A stretch of DNA of 64,000 bases from an uncultured Spirochaetota bacterium (GCA_963827275.1 CAWHAA010000005.1:736001-800000), one strand, 5' to 3'; counted from the first letter of the stretch, positions 17,841 through 30,434 are shown. Notes: generated by a model from the sequence alone, not told the origin. Numbers and translations: made by a program.

Positions 17841-19934
17841 TCACTTTGTCAGCTCGCCGAAGAGCCCGTGGACATCAAGGATCAGCGCCACCTTCCCGTC
17901 CCCGAGAATCGCCGCGCCTGATACCGCGCGGGTCTTGGTGACCTGCCCGCTCAGGCTTTTGATCACGATCTGCTGCTGGCCCACGAGTTCATCGACCATG
18001 ATCCCCATCGTCTCCTTTCCCGACTCGACGATGACCACGATCGTCTCCCACGGATTTTCGCAATCGGCCGTTATCCCGAAATAATTATAGAGCCGCACCA
18101 GCGGCACGTAGCTCTCCCTCACGCGGATAAGCTCTCCGCTGGCTTCCACAATCTCAATGTCTTCCTTTTTCGGCTGTATGCATTCCACTATCGAAAGGAG
18201 CGGTATGATATAGATGTTCCCTCCGGAACGGACCAGCATTCCCTCGATGATCGCAAGGGTCAGCGGCAGCTTGATACGGAACGTGGTGCCGATGTTTTCA
18301 GCCGTATCGATCTCAACGGTGCCCCGGAGCGACTCGATATTCGTCTTCACCACGTCCATCCCGACACCGCGCCCCGAGAGATCGCCCGCTTCCTCCGTAG
18401 TGGTGAAGCCGGGCATGAAAATAAACGAGGCCAGCCGTTCATCCGGGACTTCGTCGCCGGCCTTCACCAGGCCCAGGGACACCGCCTTCGCCCGGATCTT
18501 CTGCAGGTCGAGGCCCGTCCCGTCATCCGTCACCTCTATGAAGATGCTCCCTTCCTGGTGGTACGCGTTCAGGCGTACGCGGCCTTCCCGCGCCTTTCCC
18601 TTCCGCTCGCGCTCCTCGGGGCCTTCGATACCGTGGTCGACGGCGTTGCGGATCATGTGCTTCAGCGGATCACCGATCTTCTCGATGACCGTCTTGTCGA
18701 GCTCGGTCTCCTCTCCGAAGATTTCGAGCTTGATCTCCTTGCCGATATCGTGCGCGGTGTCGCGCACGAACCGCCGGAACTGCTCGAAGGTCGACCCTAT
18801 CGGGATCATCCTGATCGACATTATCTGTTCCTGGAATTCCCTCGTCGTCCGGTCGAGCCCGTACAGCGCGTTCTTCAGCATGAACCCCTGTTCCTCGGGC
18901 AGCTCGTCCGCGACCCGCGCGATGGCCGACTGCCCGATCACGATCTCACCGAGCAGGTTCATGAGGCTGTCAAGCTTCTTCGTGTCCACCCGCACCGTCC
19001 CGGTCTCGATCCTGGTCCGTATCCGCTCCTGCTCCCCGAGGGCGAACTGGATGTCCTTGTGCGTGGCATACCCCTTCCCGACGATGATATCGCCGATTTT
19101 CCTGTTATTAAGCTCCTGGTCGCCCAGAACGTCGTCGAGCTCCTTCCTCGTGAGTATCCCCCTGCGCACCAGCAACTCGCCGATCCTCTTCTCCTCGAGG
19201 TACTTTTCGCCGCACGGGTCTTCAACAAACCGCGCGGTCACGTCCTCCAGGATGATTTCATTGTCATCCCTGACGAACAGGAACACCTCTTCCGCCTGTT
19301 CCAGCCGGCAGGGGGCCTTTATCGTTATGTCCCAGCCGAGGTAGCACTTTTCGGGATCGAGCGCGGCGAGCGCCGGCAGGGCCGTATCATCGACAGCCAT
19401 CTCCACCACGTTTCCCAGCGAAACGAAATCCTCGATGATGGAGAGGGGATCGATGCCGCTTTCAAAGATGGTATCGCGGAACTTCGCCCGCGCCCTGAAA
19501 TACCGGTACCCGAAATCCTCCGCCTGCTCGGGGCGGGCGTCCTCCCGGATCTCCCCGGCCTTTTCAGCCGAGTAGGCCCCCATACGCTCGATCAAATTGC
19601 GCTTTATCCCGTCCGCCTCCTCGTCCCCGCCGCCGAACAACGCGAGCTTCACCCAGTCAAAGCACTCGAGGAGAATGTCTATCAGCCGGTCGTCGATTTC
19701 CAGCACCCCCGACCGCAGCCGGTCAAGGATGGTTTCGAGGCCGTGCATCAGCTCGCTCACCTGTTCATACCCGGCCATCGACGAGCTCCCCTTCAGCGTA
19801 TGGGCATATCTGAAGATGCGGTTCAGGATTTCCGGGTCGCTGCCGGCCTCGAAAACCACGAGGTCGGACTCGACATGCGACAGGATCTCGCGCGCTTCGT
19901 TCAGAAATACTTCTTTTATTACGATATCGCTCAT
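17841..19934 (-). CDS. cheA: Chemotaxis histidine kinase CheA
   Basis: FRYAHTLKGSS (HPt), HMIRNAVDHGIE, DDGTG, SGRGVGMDVV, C-terminal CheW domain. Confidence 0.97.
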   Translation of the reverse strand: MSDIVIKEVFLNEAREILSHVESDLVVFEAGSDPEILNRIFRYAHTLKGSSSMAGYEQVSELMHGLETILDRLRSGVLEIDDRLIDILLECFDWVKLALFGGGDEEADGIKRNLIERMGAYSAEKAGEIREDARPEQAEDFGYRYFRARAKFRDTIFESGIDPLSIIEDFVSLGNVVEMAVDDTALPALAALDPEKCYLGWDITIKAPCRLEQAEEVFLFVRDDNEIILEDVTARFVEDPCGEKYLEEKRIGELLVRRGILTRKELDDVLGDQELNNRKIGDIIVGKGYATHKDIQFALGEQERIRTRIETGTVRVDTKKLDSLMNLLGEIVIGQSAIARVADELPEEQGFMLKNALYGLDRTTREFQEQIMSIRMIPIGSTFEQFRRFVRDTAHDIGKEIKLEIFGEETELDKTVIEKIGDPLKHMIRNAVDHGIEGPEERERKGKAREGRVRLNAYHQEGSIFIEVTDDGTGLDLQKIRAKAVSLGLVKAGDEVPDERLASFIFMPGFTTTEEAGDLSGRGVGMDVVKTNIESLRGTVEIDTAENIGTTFRIKLPLTLAIIEGMLVRSGGNIYIIPLLSIVECIQPKKEDIEIVEASGELIRVRESYVPLVRLYNYFGITADCENPWETIVVIVESGKETMGIMVDELVGQQQIVIKSLSGQVTKTRAVSGAAILGDGKVALILDVHGLFGELTK

Positions 19935-19981
19935 GACTGTCTCCCTCGCAGTGTCATTGTCAGCATGACGGGCCGCATTGC

Positions 19982-22021
19982 CTAAAACTCCTCAAATCCT
20001 TCCTGGGTCAGGATGTCCTTGATGGTGCTGTTCTTCGCCTGTATCGCCGGATCGGACGGCGCGTGCTTTCTGCCGTTGCCGTTGCCATCGTCCTTCTTCG
20101 CCGCCTTCTTCCCGTTCACGTCCATGTGCAGGTGCAGCTCTTTGCGCTTCTTGCCGTACACTTCGTTCTGCACCTCGTCGCGTATCCTGAATTTTTCCAT
20201 CATGACGATGAGCTCCTGGGACTGGTTGGACATCTCCTCGCTGGCGGACGCGGTCTCCTCGACCAGCGCCGCATTCTGCTGCGTCATGGTATCGAGCTCC
20301 GCCACCGCTATGTTGATCTGGTCAACGCCCCGCTTCTGCTCGTCGCTGGCGGCTGAGATCTCGGTAATCAGCTGGTCAACCGACCTGACCGACGATATGA
20401 TCTTGTTCAGGGCCTCGCCGCTCTTGTTGGCGAACTCGGTGCTTATCGAGACCTTCTCAAGCGAATCCTGGATGAGCTGGCTGATCTCCTTCGCCGAGCT
20501 CCCGGCGCGCTGCGCGAGGTTGCGGACCTCGCCGGCGACCACCGCGAAACCGCGGCCCTGCTCCCCGGCGCGGGCCGCTTCCACGGCCGCGTTGAGGGCC
20601 AGCAGGTTGGTCTGGAAGGCGATCTCGTTGATGACCGATATGATGTCGCCGATCTTCCTGCTGAAGACGTTCACCTCGTTTATGGCGGTGACCGCATTGC
20701 CGACGATCTTGCCGCCCTCTTCCGCCATCCGGTACGAATCGGTCGCCATCTTCTTGGCGTCGAGGGAATTGTCGGCGTTCTGCTTGATGCTCGCGGTCGC
20801 TTCCTCGATGGTGGACGCGACCTCCTCGAGGGACGAGGCCTGTTCCGACGTCCGCTGCGACAGGTTCTCGTTGCCGCTCGCTATCTCCTGGACCGCCTGC
20901 GACAGGTTCTGCACCGCCACGATGATCTCGGACACAAGGTGCTCGAACTGGTTCAGGGAATTGTTCATGGCCTGGGCTATGTCGCCGATCTCATCACCGG
21001 TGATCTTCCCGTCATACCGCTTCGCCAGGTTGCCCTGCGCCATCTCCTCCATCACGCTCTTGCATTCGTCGAGGGGCTTGAGCCTTCTGGCGATGACAAA
21101 ATAGATGGCCCCGCCGACGATGCCGATGCCCGCCAGGCCGCAGATGATCATGATGGTGGCCATCGCGCGGGCGTCTTCATTGATGTCCGAGACATAGATC
21201 GTGGCGGCGGAGATGAAATTGTATTCCTTGTTCTTCACGAAGGTCTGGATCTTGCCTTTTCCTTCCCACTCGTACCTGACCACCGTGCCGCTTTCCGAAT
21301 TGAGCATCTCTTTTCCCCATTCGTATTTCGCAACATTAAGCTTGAAAATATTCTCTTCGTCCGGATGGGCAAAGGTCATGCCGTTTTTATCGCACATGTA
21401 CGGATAGCCGGTCTTCCCGATCTTGATTCCCTTCACGATATTATTCGAAAACATGCCGATATTCAGCGGGTAGCCGAAAATCCCCACGACCCTGGCGCCG
21501 TCCATGATCGGCACGGTGATGAGGATGACGGGGAGCCCGGTTGCGGGGGATTTATACGGGTCACCGACATGGGGCTTCCCGGCGAGCGTGTTGTTAAGAT
21601 TGTCTTCAAATCCCTTGCCCGCCCAGCGGAGCCCTATCGTCTTCCCGCCGACGCCGTCAACCATGATGGCGGTATTTTTATCCGCCGTGGATATGAAGAT
21701 GTTTTCGAGAAGCCCCGAAGACCTGAAATAATTCGCGAGGAACTCCCTCGCGATGCCGTAGTTTCCCGTTCTCGCAGCGGTAACGACAACAGTATCGCCG
21801 GCAAGGAATTTCGCGACATTGACCTGCTGCTGATAGAAATTCACCAACTGCGACTCGATATCCTTGTTGAAGTTCGTCAGCTGGTTCAGGTATGAATTTT
21901 CAACAGCGTTGTATGACGCGGTATAGGATATTATCACCAGGACAAATGATAGAACTATCACGATTGAGACAACAAACGCGGACAGGACTATCTTCAGACT
22001 CTTAAACTTATTACTTTTCAT
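19982..22021 (-). CDS. Methyl-accepting chemotaxis protein (dCache-HAMP-MCP) with C-terminal pentapeptide GFEEF
   Basis: Two TMs, [11 protein letters not shown]ache motif, [30 protein letters not shown]. Confidence 0.96.
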   Translation of the reverse strand: MKSNKFKSLKIVLSAFVVSIVIVLSFVLVIISYTASYNAVENSYLNQLTNFNKDIESQLVNFYQQQVNVAKFLAGDTVVVTAARTGNYGIAREFLANYFRSSGLLENIFISTADKNTAIMVDGVGGKTIGLRWAGKGFEDNLNNTLAGKPHVGDPYKSPATGLPVILITVPIMDGARVVGIFGYPLNIGMFSNNIVKGIKIGKTGYPYMCDKNGMTFAHPDEENIFKLNVAKYEWGKEMLNSESGTVVRYEWEGKGKIQTFVKNKEYNFISAATIYVSDINEDARAMATIMIICGLAGIGIVGGAIYFVIARRLKPLDECKSVMEEMAQGNLAKRYDGKITGDEIGDIAQAMNNSLNQFEHLVSEIIVAVQNLSQAVQEIASGNENLSQRTSEQASSLEEVASTIEEATASIKQNADNSLDAKKMATDSYRMAEEGGKIVGNAVTAINEVNVFSRKIGDIISVINEIAFQTNLLALNAAVEAARAGEQGRGFAVVAGEVRNLAQRAGSSAKEISQLIQDSLEKVSISTEFANKSGEALNKIISSVRSVDQLITEISAASDEQKRGVDQINIAVAELDTMTQQNAALVEETASASEEMSNQSQELIVMMEKFRIRDEVQNEVYGKKRKELHLHMDVNGKKAAKKDDGNGNGRKHAPSDPAIQAKNSTIKDILTQEGFEEF

Positions 22022-22061
22022 GCAAAACCTCCGAAAGTTAATAAAATTCTAGCACATAACA

Positions 22062-22421
22062 CTACGAGGCCATCGAACGGACGGCCTGTATCGCTTTGTC
22101 CAGCTCTATCGACTTGTCAAAAAACAGCTCGGCCCCCAGATCGGTGCTTATTATCCTGTAGTACCAGAACGGATAGTTGGTGAGCACCATCACTGTTATA
22201 TTCGATCCCGCGTTTTTTATCTTCTTCAGCACCTCGAACCCGTTTCCGTTTTGGAGGGCAATATCAAGGATAACCAGGTCCGGCTTCTTCTCATCTATTA
22301 AACTCAGGGCCTTTGCCGGCTCATCGGCAATGCCGCACAATTCAACGCCATGAATCTGCCCGAGCTCATGGGTCAGAATTCCCTGGACGATAAGAGAGTC
22401 TTCCACGATAATCACCTTCAT
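22062..22421 (-). CDS. Single-domain response regulator
   Basis: MKVIIVEDS, PDLVILDIAL..GNG, VLTN, FFDK. Confidence 0.85.
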   Translation of the reverse strand: MKVIIVEDSLIVQGILTHELGQIHGVELCGIADEPAKALSLIDEKKPDLVILDIALQNGNGFEVLKKIKNAGSNITVMVLTNYPFWYYRIISTDLGAELFFDKSIELDKAIQAVRSMAS

Positions 22422-22648
22422 ATTGTAAACGTAAACCATTCTCTGCAAAGGCATACATCGAATGATTAATGTTCCTCCTGTGCCCGAGTGCGGCTGAATA
22501 TCCACCGGATGATACGAACGGGAGTACGTTACCCTGGTCGATGTACCTGTAATATAACGGGTGGGGACTGAATACACAATCCGTACAGCGCCTGATTTCC
22601 ATGTAGGACATTGAGAATACCTTACCGGGGTACGCCCTCGGCCGGGCG

Positions 22649-22695
22649 TAGGAAATCACCTATAAAAAAAGGGGGATCGTAGGGGAATTCCCCTA
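22649..22695. promoter_or_regulatory. Candidate palindromic transcription-factor sites
   Basis: Perfect 16-bp palindrome TAGGGGAATTCCCCTA (22680-22695) and related TAGGAAATCACCTA (22649-22662). Confidence 0.45.
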
Positions 22696-22763
22696 AAATA
22701 CCCATGCGTCGCAATAGTTGATTTTTTTGAGAATTAAACGTGAAACAGGAGGTATGCCGTCAG

Positions 22764-23444
22764 CTATTTGTTCCCTTGCAGCCATTCTTTCGCGTGGCGG
22801 GACAGATCGGAGGAGTTCTGCACGCCCATCTTGCTTTTTATATGGTCCCGGTGCGCTTCAACGGTCTTGATGCTGATGTTGAGCCTGGCCGCGATCTGCC
22901 GGGCTGTCAGCTCCTGGCCCATGAGACTGAATATCTCCAGCTCGCGGTCGGTGAGGCCGGCAACCGGGTTCCGGAGGGCCTCATTCCCGGCCGCGGTCAG
23001 CCGGTCGAGGAGTTTCGTCGTCATCGCGTCGCTGAAATAGATGTTGCCGGTCAGGACCTTCCGCAGCGCCTTCAGCAGCACTTCGGGGGGCTGGTCCTTC
23101 ATGACATACCCCTTGGCGCCCGCCCTGAGCACGCGCTCGGCGAAAACGGATTCATCGTGCATGGAGTAAACAAGCGCGGGGAGATCGGGATACCGCGCCT
23201 TTATGGCCTTGATAAGGTCAATGCCGCTCGAGGACTTCAGGGACAGATCGACCATGACCGCGTCAGGGCCCAGGTCGGCAACCTGCTGCATCGCCGAATT
23301 GATGTCATTTGCCTCGCCGCACACTTCGAGGTCCTTCTCGTTGTTGATCATCTGGGTAAGCCCCCTGCAGATGAGGGGATGGTCGTCAACGATCAGGATG
23401 CGCTTGATGTCTTTATTGATTAATGCTCCCGCCATGGCTCTCAA
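22764..23444 (-). CDS. NarL/LuxR-family response regulator
   Basis: IVDDHP, VDLSL, SMH, GAKGYVMK; LTDRELEI...ISIKTVEAHRDHIKSKM. Confidence 0.93.
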   Translation of the reverse strand: MRAMAGALINKDIKRILIVDDHPLICRGLTQMINNEKDLEVCGEANDINSAMQQVADLGPDAVMVDLSLKSSSGIDLIKAIKARYPDLPALVYSMHDESVFAERVLRAGAKGYVMKDQPPEVLLKALRKVLTGNIYFSDAMTTKLLDRLTAAGNEALRNPVAGLTDRELEIFSLMGQELTARQIAARLNISIKTVEAHRDHIKSKMGVQNSSDLSRHAKEWLQGNK

Positions 23445-26400
23445 TCTTTTTTCAACAGCTTATAGACAGGGAACGTGCACACTATGCGTACCCCCCCGCC
23501 CACGTTGCCCTGGATGGCGAAGGTGCCGTTGATGGTGGCCATCCGGTACGCCATGATCCTCAGCCCGAGGCCCTTATGGCTGTCGAACGTATCAGGCCGG
23601 CCGGCGCCGTCATCTTCTATGACAAGCATGACGTCATTTTTCTTGTGTGTCAAATGTAATTTTATTCGCCCGGCATGGCCGTGCTTTACGGCGTTGTTCA
23701 CCGCCTCCCGGGCGATATAATAGAGCTGGGTCGATATCATGATGTCCGCTATCACGATGTCGGGGTCCTGGCGATAGGTGCACTGGATGCCGAAGATGGA
23801 GCTGATGTTCGCCGCGAACTGCTCCAGCGTATAGGATATCTCGTTTTCGACAAGATTGGGCGGGTAGAGTTCGCGCGACAGCATGCGCACCCTGGTGATG
23901 ATGCGGTATACCTCGCCGGTGATCTCGTCCGACAGCGCCGTTTCGGGCAGTCCCGACTCCCTGAGCTTCTTTGCGAGGGTGGTGCACATGAACGCGATGC
24001 CGGTGAGGTCCTGTCCGAGCCCGTCGTGGAGGTCCCGGCCGAGCCGCTGCTGCTCGACGTCTATGATGCTTATTATCTCGTTCTGGAGCCGCTTCCGCTC
24101 CGTGATGTCCCGTATGCTCGTATGAACGATCTCCCTGCCGGTCATCGGTATCGCGGTCATGACCACTTCCGAATTGAACAGGCTCCCGTCGGGCCTGCGG
24201 AGCTGCCACTCATACGTGACGCTCCGCTGCCGGAGGGCGAGCTCCGTGTAGCCCTTCCTCCTGTCAACCGAGGACGCCCCGTCCGGCTGGAATTCGGGGG
24301 TGAAGTCATAAAAATTCATGTTGACGACCTGGCCCTTCTCAATGCACCCGAGAATGCTCACCCCCTCGATGTTGCAGTCAACTATCCGGTCGCCGTCAAA
24401 GAGGAACTGCGCGGTCCCCGAATCCTCGAACAGGCGCCGGAACTTCTCCTCGCTCTCCTTGAGCGCGTCTTCGGCCTTTTTCCTGTCGCTGATGTCGATG
24501 ACGATCCCCCGCGCGCCGGTTATGGTCCCGTCATGGATGATCGCGCGGCCATGGATGATCACCTGGAGCATGGTCCCGTCTTTCCTGAGCAGCGTATATT
24601 CAGTACCCGTGATCCACTTGCCGGTGAGCACGCTCCTGAAATTTTCCATGCAGCGGTCCCGGTCCGCCGGCGCGACAACTTCGACAAAATTAATCGGTTT
24701 GATTATATCTTCCGGCGAATAGCCATACACGGAATAGGCAACCCTGTTGACATAGGTTACATTCCCGTCGAGGTCCAGCTCAAACAGGAGCTCAGGGAGA
24801 AAATCCGCAAGCTCGCGGTATTTTATCTCGCTCCGGAGAAGCTCTTCCTCCGCCTTTTTCAGCCACGTGATGTCATTGCCGACGGTCAATATCTCCTGTA
24901 TGGCCCCCGTCGCGTCCCGGACAAGCTTGTTGGTCCATGCAACCCACACGCGCTCGCCGTTACGCTTCATGTTTTCGTTTTCGTAGCTCTTGTACTTTTC
25001 AGGGTCCGCTATGACCTTCCTGACCATGCCCGTCAGGTCTTTTCCCATCGAATCAACCGGCGGGATTATGGTCCCGACCAGGTTCTTGCCCACTATTTCA
25101 CCGCTGCTGAACCCGAAAAAATCCTGGGCAAATTCATTGAAAAACAAGACCGTGCCCTCCGGGTCCACCCTGAGGATGATGCTGTTCGCGTTTTCAACCA
25201 GCTCGCGGTACCTGCGCTCGCTCTCATGAAGCGCGTCCTCTATCCGCCTCCGTGCGGTTATGTCCTTGAAAAAGTTAAGCGTCGCGAAGGAGCCCTCCCA
25301 GGTGAAGCCGACCGCATTGATCTCGACCCACCGGAACCCGCCGTCCTTATGCAATACGCGGAATTCATATACCGCGGGGGAGTCAATCGACGCCTGGCGC
25401 CGCTGGTAGCGCTCCGCCACCATGGCCCTGTCATCGGGGTGGATAAAATCGATCATGGGGCGCGAACAGAGCTCTTCAGCCGAAAACCCGGTGACCGCGG
25501 TTGTTTTGGGGTTAACATACTTGAGCACGCCCTCCTGCGCGACCGCGATGATCTCTCCGGCGTTCTCCACCAGCAGCCGGTACCGCTCCTCGCTCTCCCG
25601 GAGCACCTGGTTCAAGCGCCTCCGCTCGGAGATGTCACGCCCCACCCCGACAAACCCGACATGCACCCCCCTGTCGTCCCGCAGGGGGTTGATCACTATC
25701 TCGATCCAAACCGTGGAGCCGTCTTTATGCGGCTGCTCGATCTCCACTTTTATGGTAGTGTCCCTCCCGCTCTCGATGCTGGCGAGTCCCTGCCGGAACG
25801 CCTGGCGCAGGGACACCAATGATTCAGGGGTGACCATGTCCGCGGGCATCAGGTGGATAAGCTCATGCGGTTCATAGCCCCTGAGCTTGCGTATGGAGGG
25901 GCTTATATATGAAAAATGCAGGTCCCTGCCCAGCACGAATATCACGTCATCCATGTTCTCCGCGAGGAGGCGGTAATGCGACTCGCTTTTCCTGAGGGCA
26001 TCTTCCGCCGTTTTGCGCTCGGTGATATCTTTTAAAAAATTCAGAGCGTGGCGTCGGACCCGTTCCATTCGATCCTGACAGCGGAGAGCTCGACCCACCG
26101 GAACCCGCCGTCTTTATGCATCATTCTTAATTCGTAAAAAGGCGGGATCTCCTCCCCCGCCATCCGTTTTCGGTACCTTTCGGCCACGAGGCCCCTGTCT
26201 TCGGGGTGGATAAACTCCATAAAAGGCCGCGCGAGGAGCTCCTGCTCTGAAAAACCGGTGACCGCGCACGTCATCGGATTCACGTAGGTAAACAACTCTC
26301 CCTGTGCGACGATGATCATTTCCCCGGCATTTTCCACCAGCTGGCGGAATTGCAATTCGCTTTTCCTGAGCGCTTCTTCGGCCCTCACGCGTTCCGTGAT

Positions 26401-27387
26401 ATTGGTGTCCGCCCCCCGGTAGCCCAGGAGCCTTCCCGATTCATTCAGGATCGGAATAGCGGTTGTTTCCAGCACGATAGTGCTGCCGTTTTTATGCACG
26501 TTGTGGTTGATATATTTTTTAAACGGCTTCTTTAAGGCAAATGCATGCAAGACCTCCTTCCTGACTTCCTCCCTGGAGTGCGGGACAAAAAAATCATAAA
26601 AATATTTCTTCCCGACAATCTCCTCTGGTTTGTAGCCGATAATATCTTTTACAACGGAATTGGAGTATGTATACAGCCCGCTGGCGTCCATTTCCCAAAT
26701 CCACTCCTCCGTGCTTTCGGCTATCTCCCTGAACCGCTCTTCGCTTTTATGCAGCGCCTCCTGCACCCGCATCCGCTCCGTGACGTCTTCAAGCGTCTCA
26801 AGCGCGCCGATGACCGCACCGTTGCCGTCTTTGAGCAGCACCGCGGTAAAGAAGAGCCATATTCCATTCCTGTCTTTTCCGGAGAAGTAGTCCATCCCCT
26901 CATACGCATCAGCCACGTATTTTGATTTTTTGCATTTATCGCCGTACCATTGCCGCAGGCGTTTAAAATCGCCATCGATCAGCAGGTCCGCCAGTATCGG
27001 CCTTTTTTTATGATAAAAGGCCTGCCACTGGGTTTTCGTGCCGATGACCTCCTCCGCCTTGACCCCGCTGATCGATTCCAGCGCCCTGTTCCAGGAAAGG
27101 ACCCGGTGGTCACGGCCGATTATGAGCTGCGGGATCGGTGACCCCTCGACGATCGTCTTGAACCCGGAAGCCACATCGCTCCAGGCATCATCCGCGTGCC
27201 GGTCCCGTGCCTTTTTCAGCTCCCGGTCCTTTCTCTTCAACTCGGCCTTCAGGTCTTTAATCTCACGCTCAAGCAGAGGTATCTCCTTCAGGCCGGCGGG
27301 CTTTTTCGGTTTTTTCGATGCCGCGGCATTCGTCGCGGACGGTCCGCGGCCCTGTGCCGGTTTTTTTTTCATGGTCTCTTTTTTCAT
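23441..27387 (-). CDS. Cytoplasmic multi-PAS (8) sensor histidine kinase, HisKA_3 type; apparent frameshift near 26045
   Basis: Repeated PAS/PAC units ending DITERK-like; EQQRLGRDLHDGLGQ H-box; EAVNNAVKH, DDG, GLGLRIM. Removing 2 nt joins ...SDATL to NFLKDITERK. Confidence 0.88.
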
Positions 27388-27709
27388 TTCATTACCCCGG
27401 ATGGGCAGCGTTAGGCTTTTTCATGATGACTATTCGATCAGCCATGTGCATCATCTCCAGACCGGCGGGACTCTTGACTTCATCCCATTCCGTACTGGTC
27501 AAGGTAGCACAGGCCGGCACGATTATCAACAAAAACCCGGACCGCCCTGTTTAAATACGACATAATAAAAATATTTGTTGACAATATCATTGATGATGAA
27601 GTTAAAGAATAGTATATTTTCCAGGGAACCTCAGGAAACTGCCTGCGGCCGCTCTGCAGTACGCGCCGCCGTCCGTCACATCTATATTTATCATACACGG
27701 GTTACAGAC

Positions 27710-30034
27710 ATGGAGTGGACCGATATCATCATTTCGTCGAAAAAAGAGCCGGAGCTGTCGCAGAACGCGAACATCGTGCTTGAAAAGCGCTACCTGGCAA
27801 AGGACGACCGGGGCGCGGTCATAGAAACGCCCACGGCGCTGTTTCAGCGCGTCGCGAAATTCGTCGCTTCCGCCGACCTGCAATACGGGAAGAGCGCTGC
27901 GGAAGCGGGCCGGACCGCGACCGCGTTTTACGAGATGATGGCCGACCTCCAGTTCCTCCCCAATACGCCCACGCTCATGAACGCCGGCAGGCCCCTGGGC
28001 CAGCTCTCGGCATGCTTCGTGCTTCCCGTCGAGGACTCCATGGACAAGATCTTCGACGCGGTAAAGAACATGGCGCTCATCCACAAGAGCGGCGGCGGCA
28101 CCGGCTTTTCCTTCTCCCGGCTCCGGCCCAAGGACGATATCGTCAAGTCCACCGCGGGCGTTTCGAGCGGGCCCGTCTCCTTCATGAACATCTTCAACGC
28201 CGCCACGGAGACCGTCAAGCAGGGCGGGACGCGGCGCGGCGCCAACATGGCGATACTCTCGGTGGACCATCCCGACATCATCGGGTTCATCAGGGCGAAG
28301 GAAGACAAGAACGCGCTCACCAACTTCAACATCTCGGTGGCGCTCACCGACGAATTCATGGAAGCCCTCGAATCGGACGCCGAGTACCCGCTGATCAACC
28401 CGAACTCGAAAAAGGTCGTGAAAAAGACTGAAGGCCGCGGAGGTCTTCGACCTCATCGTGCGCAAGGCGTGGGAGAGCGGCGAGCCGGGCATCGTCTTCA
28501 TTGACCGGATCAACGCGGCGAACCCCCTGAAAAAGATCGGCATGATAGAGAGCACCAACCCCTGCGGCGAGCAGCCCCTGCTCCCGTTCGAATCGTGCAA
28601 TCTCGGCTCGATCAACCTGAATAAAATAATCAGGAAGGAACGGAAAGGATACGCGGTCGATTACGAAAAGCTCGGGGCCATCACGAGGCTCGCGGTCCGC
28701 TTCCTTGACAACATCATCGACCTGAACCGCTATCCCCTGGACGAGATAAAGGAAAACACCATGGCCAACCGGAAGATCGGCCTCGGCATCATGGGCTTCG
28801 CGGACGTACTCATACGCCTCGGCATCCCCTACAATTCCGACGGAGGCGGTGGCGACCGCGGAAAAAATCATGTCCGCCATACAGGAGGAATCAAAGCGCG
28901 CCTCGGAGGAGATCGCGAAGGAACGCGGGCCCTTCCCCAATTTCGCCCGCTCGGCCTATGCCGACCGGGGCGCGGCGCCGCTGCGCAACGCCACGACCAC
29001 GACCATCGCGCCCACCGGCACGATCAGCATCATCGCCGGGACATCGAGCGGCATCGAGCCGATCTACGCCCTGGCCTACGTGCGCAACGTGATGGACAAC
29101 AACATCCTGGTCGAGGTGAACCCGCTGTTCGAGGAGATCGCCCGCGAGGGGGGCTTCTACGACGATGAGATCATGGCGCGCATCGCCGAGCACGGTTCCG
29201 CGGCCGGCATCGACGGCATCCCGGAGGAGGCGCGGCGGGTCTTCGTGAGCGCCCATGACATATCGCCGGATGGCCCATATCAGCATCCAGGCCGCGTTCC
29301 AGAAATACGTGGACAACGCCGTTTCCAAGACCGTCAACTTCAAGAGCACCGCCACCATGGAGGAGATCGAGCAGGTGTACCTCTCGGCGTACCGGCTCGG
29401 GTGCAAGGGCGTGACCGTGTACCGCGACCAGTCGCGCGAAAACCAGGTGCTCGATACCGGGAAAAAGGCGGAAGCGAAGCAGGCGGAGGCGGGCGCCGCC
29501 GCGCCTTCAGGCGAGCGGCCGCACATCTCGCCACGCCCGCGGGGCGAGATCACCTGGGGCGCCACGCGCAAGATGGCCACCGGGTGCGGCTCCCTCTATG
29601 TCACCATCAACGAGGACGAGCAGGGGCTCTTCGAGGTCTTCGCGGCCATGGGCAAGGGCGGCGGCTGCGCCGCCAGCCAGACCGAGGCGGTAAGCCGCCT
29701 CATCTCCCTGGCGCTGCGGAGCGGCCTTGACCGCGACCAGATCGTCAAGCAGATCAAGGGCGTCCGCTGTCCCAACCAGGCCTGGGAAAAGGGCGGCCGG
29801 ATCTATTCCTGCGCCGACGCCATCGCCAAGGCGCTCGAGCGGCATTCAGGCGCCGCCGCCGGCCAGGAGCGGATCAACGAGAGCATACAGGAGGCGGCGA
29901 AGAACATCGCCGAGACCAACGGCAAGGGGCGCGATACGGTCATGGTGGGCGTGTGCCCCGATTGCGGCGGGCCGCTCGAATTCGAATCCGGGTGCTCCGT
30001 CTGCCGATCGTGCGGCTTCTCCCGCTGCGGGTAA
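27710..30034 (+). CDS. nrdJ: Class II (adenosylcobalamin-dependent) ribonucleotide reductase with C-terminal TSCPD and Zn-ribbon domains; apparent frameshifts near 28420, 28840 and 29270
   Basis: [84 protein letters not shown]. Confidence 0.93.
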
Positions 30035-30057
30035 GGCACGGACAGAATGATCATGAC

Positions 30058-30094
30058 AAAAAAAACCCGCCCTGCGTCCGCAGGCGGGTTTTTT
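30058..30094. terminator. Bidirectional intrinsic terminator
   Basis: A-tract-CCCGCCCTGCG-TC-CGCAGGCGGG-T-tract between convergent genes. Confidence 0.8.
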
Positions 30095-30116
30095 CATCCG
30101 GCGCGCGCCTTCCGCA

Positions 30117-30434
30117 TCATGCCGCGTTCAGGTTCAGAAACCCCGTTATATCGAGGAAGGTCATGATCCGCAGAACGTTTTCGCACACGCCGTCAATATA
30201 GAGCTCTTTGCCCGTCTTTTGCATCCCGGTCTTCAGCGAGATAAACATCCCCACCGCGGATGAATCAATGTGGCTGACGTTGGAAAGGTCGATTATGACG
30301 CGCCGCGCGCCGCTTGCGTGTATTGTTTTTTCCAGGAAGCCCAGTATGAAGGATGTTGAATTGAAGACAAGTTCGTTCTTAAGCATAACCATGCGCAGGT
30401 CGTCCCCGTCATGTTCCAGCTTCACATAATCCAT
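30117..30434 (-). CDS. STAS anti-sigma-factor antagonist
   Basis: VIIDLSNVSHIDSSAVG motif. Confidence 0.88.
   Translation of the reverse strand: MDYVKLEHDGDDLRMVMLKNELVFNSTSFILGFLEKTIHASGARRVIIDLSNVSHIDSSAVGMFISLKTGMQKTGKELYIDGVCENVLRIMTFLDITGFLNLNAA

Noticed and set aside
23675..25822. Long antisense ORFs (715 aa here; also 18558-19985, 46162-47325, 56247-57470 and others)
   Set aside because: Shadow ORFs opposite well-supported genes, expected in GC-rich DNA; no recognisable motifs.
27560..27709. NrdR boxes upstream of nrdJ
   Set aside because: Only weak AT-rich partial matches to acaCwAtATaTwGtg; not supportable.
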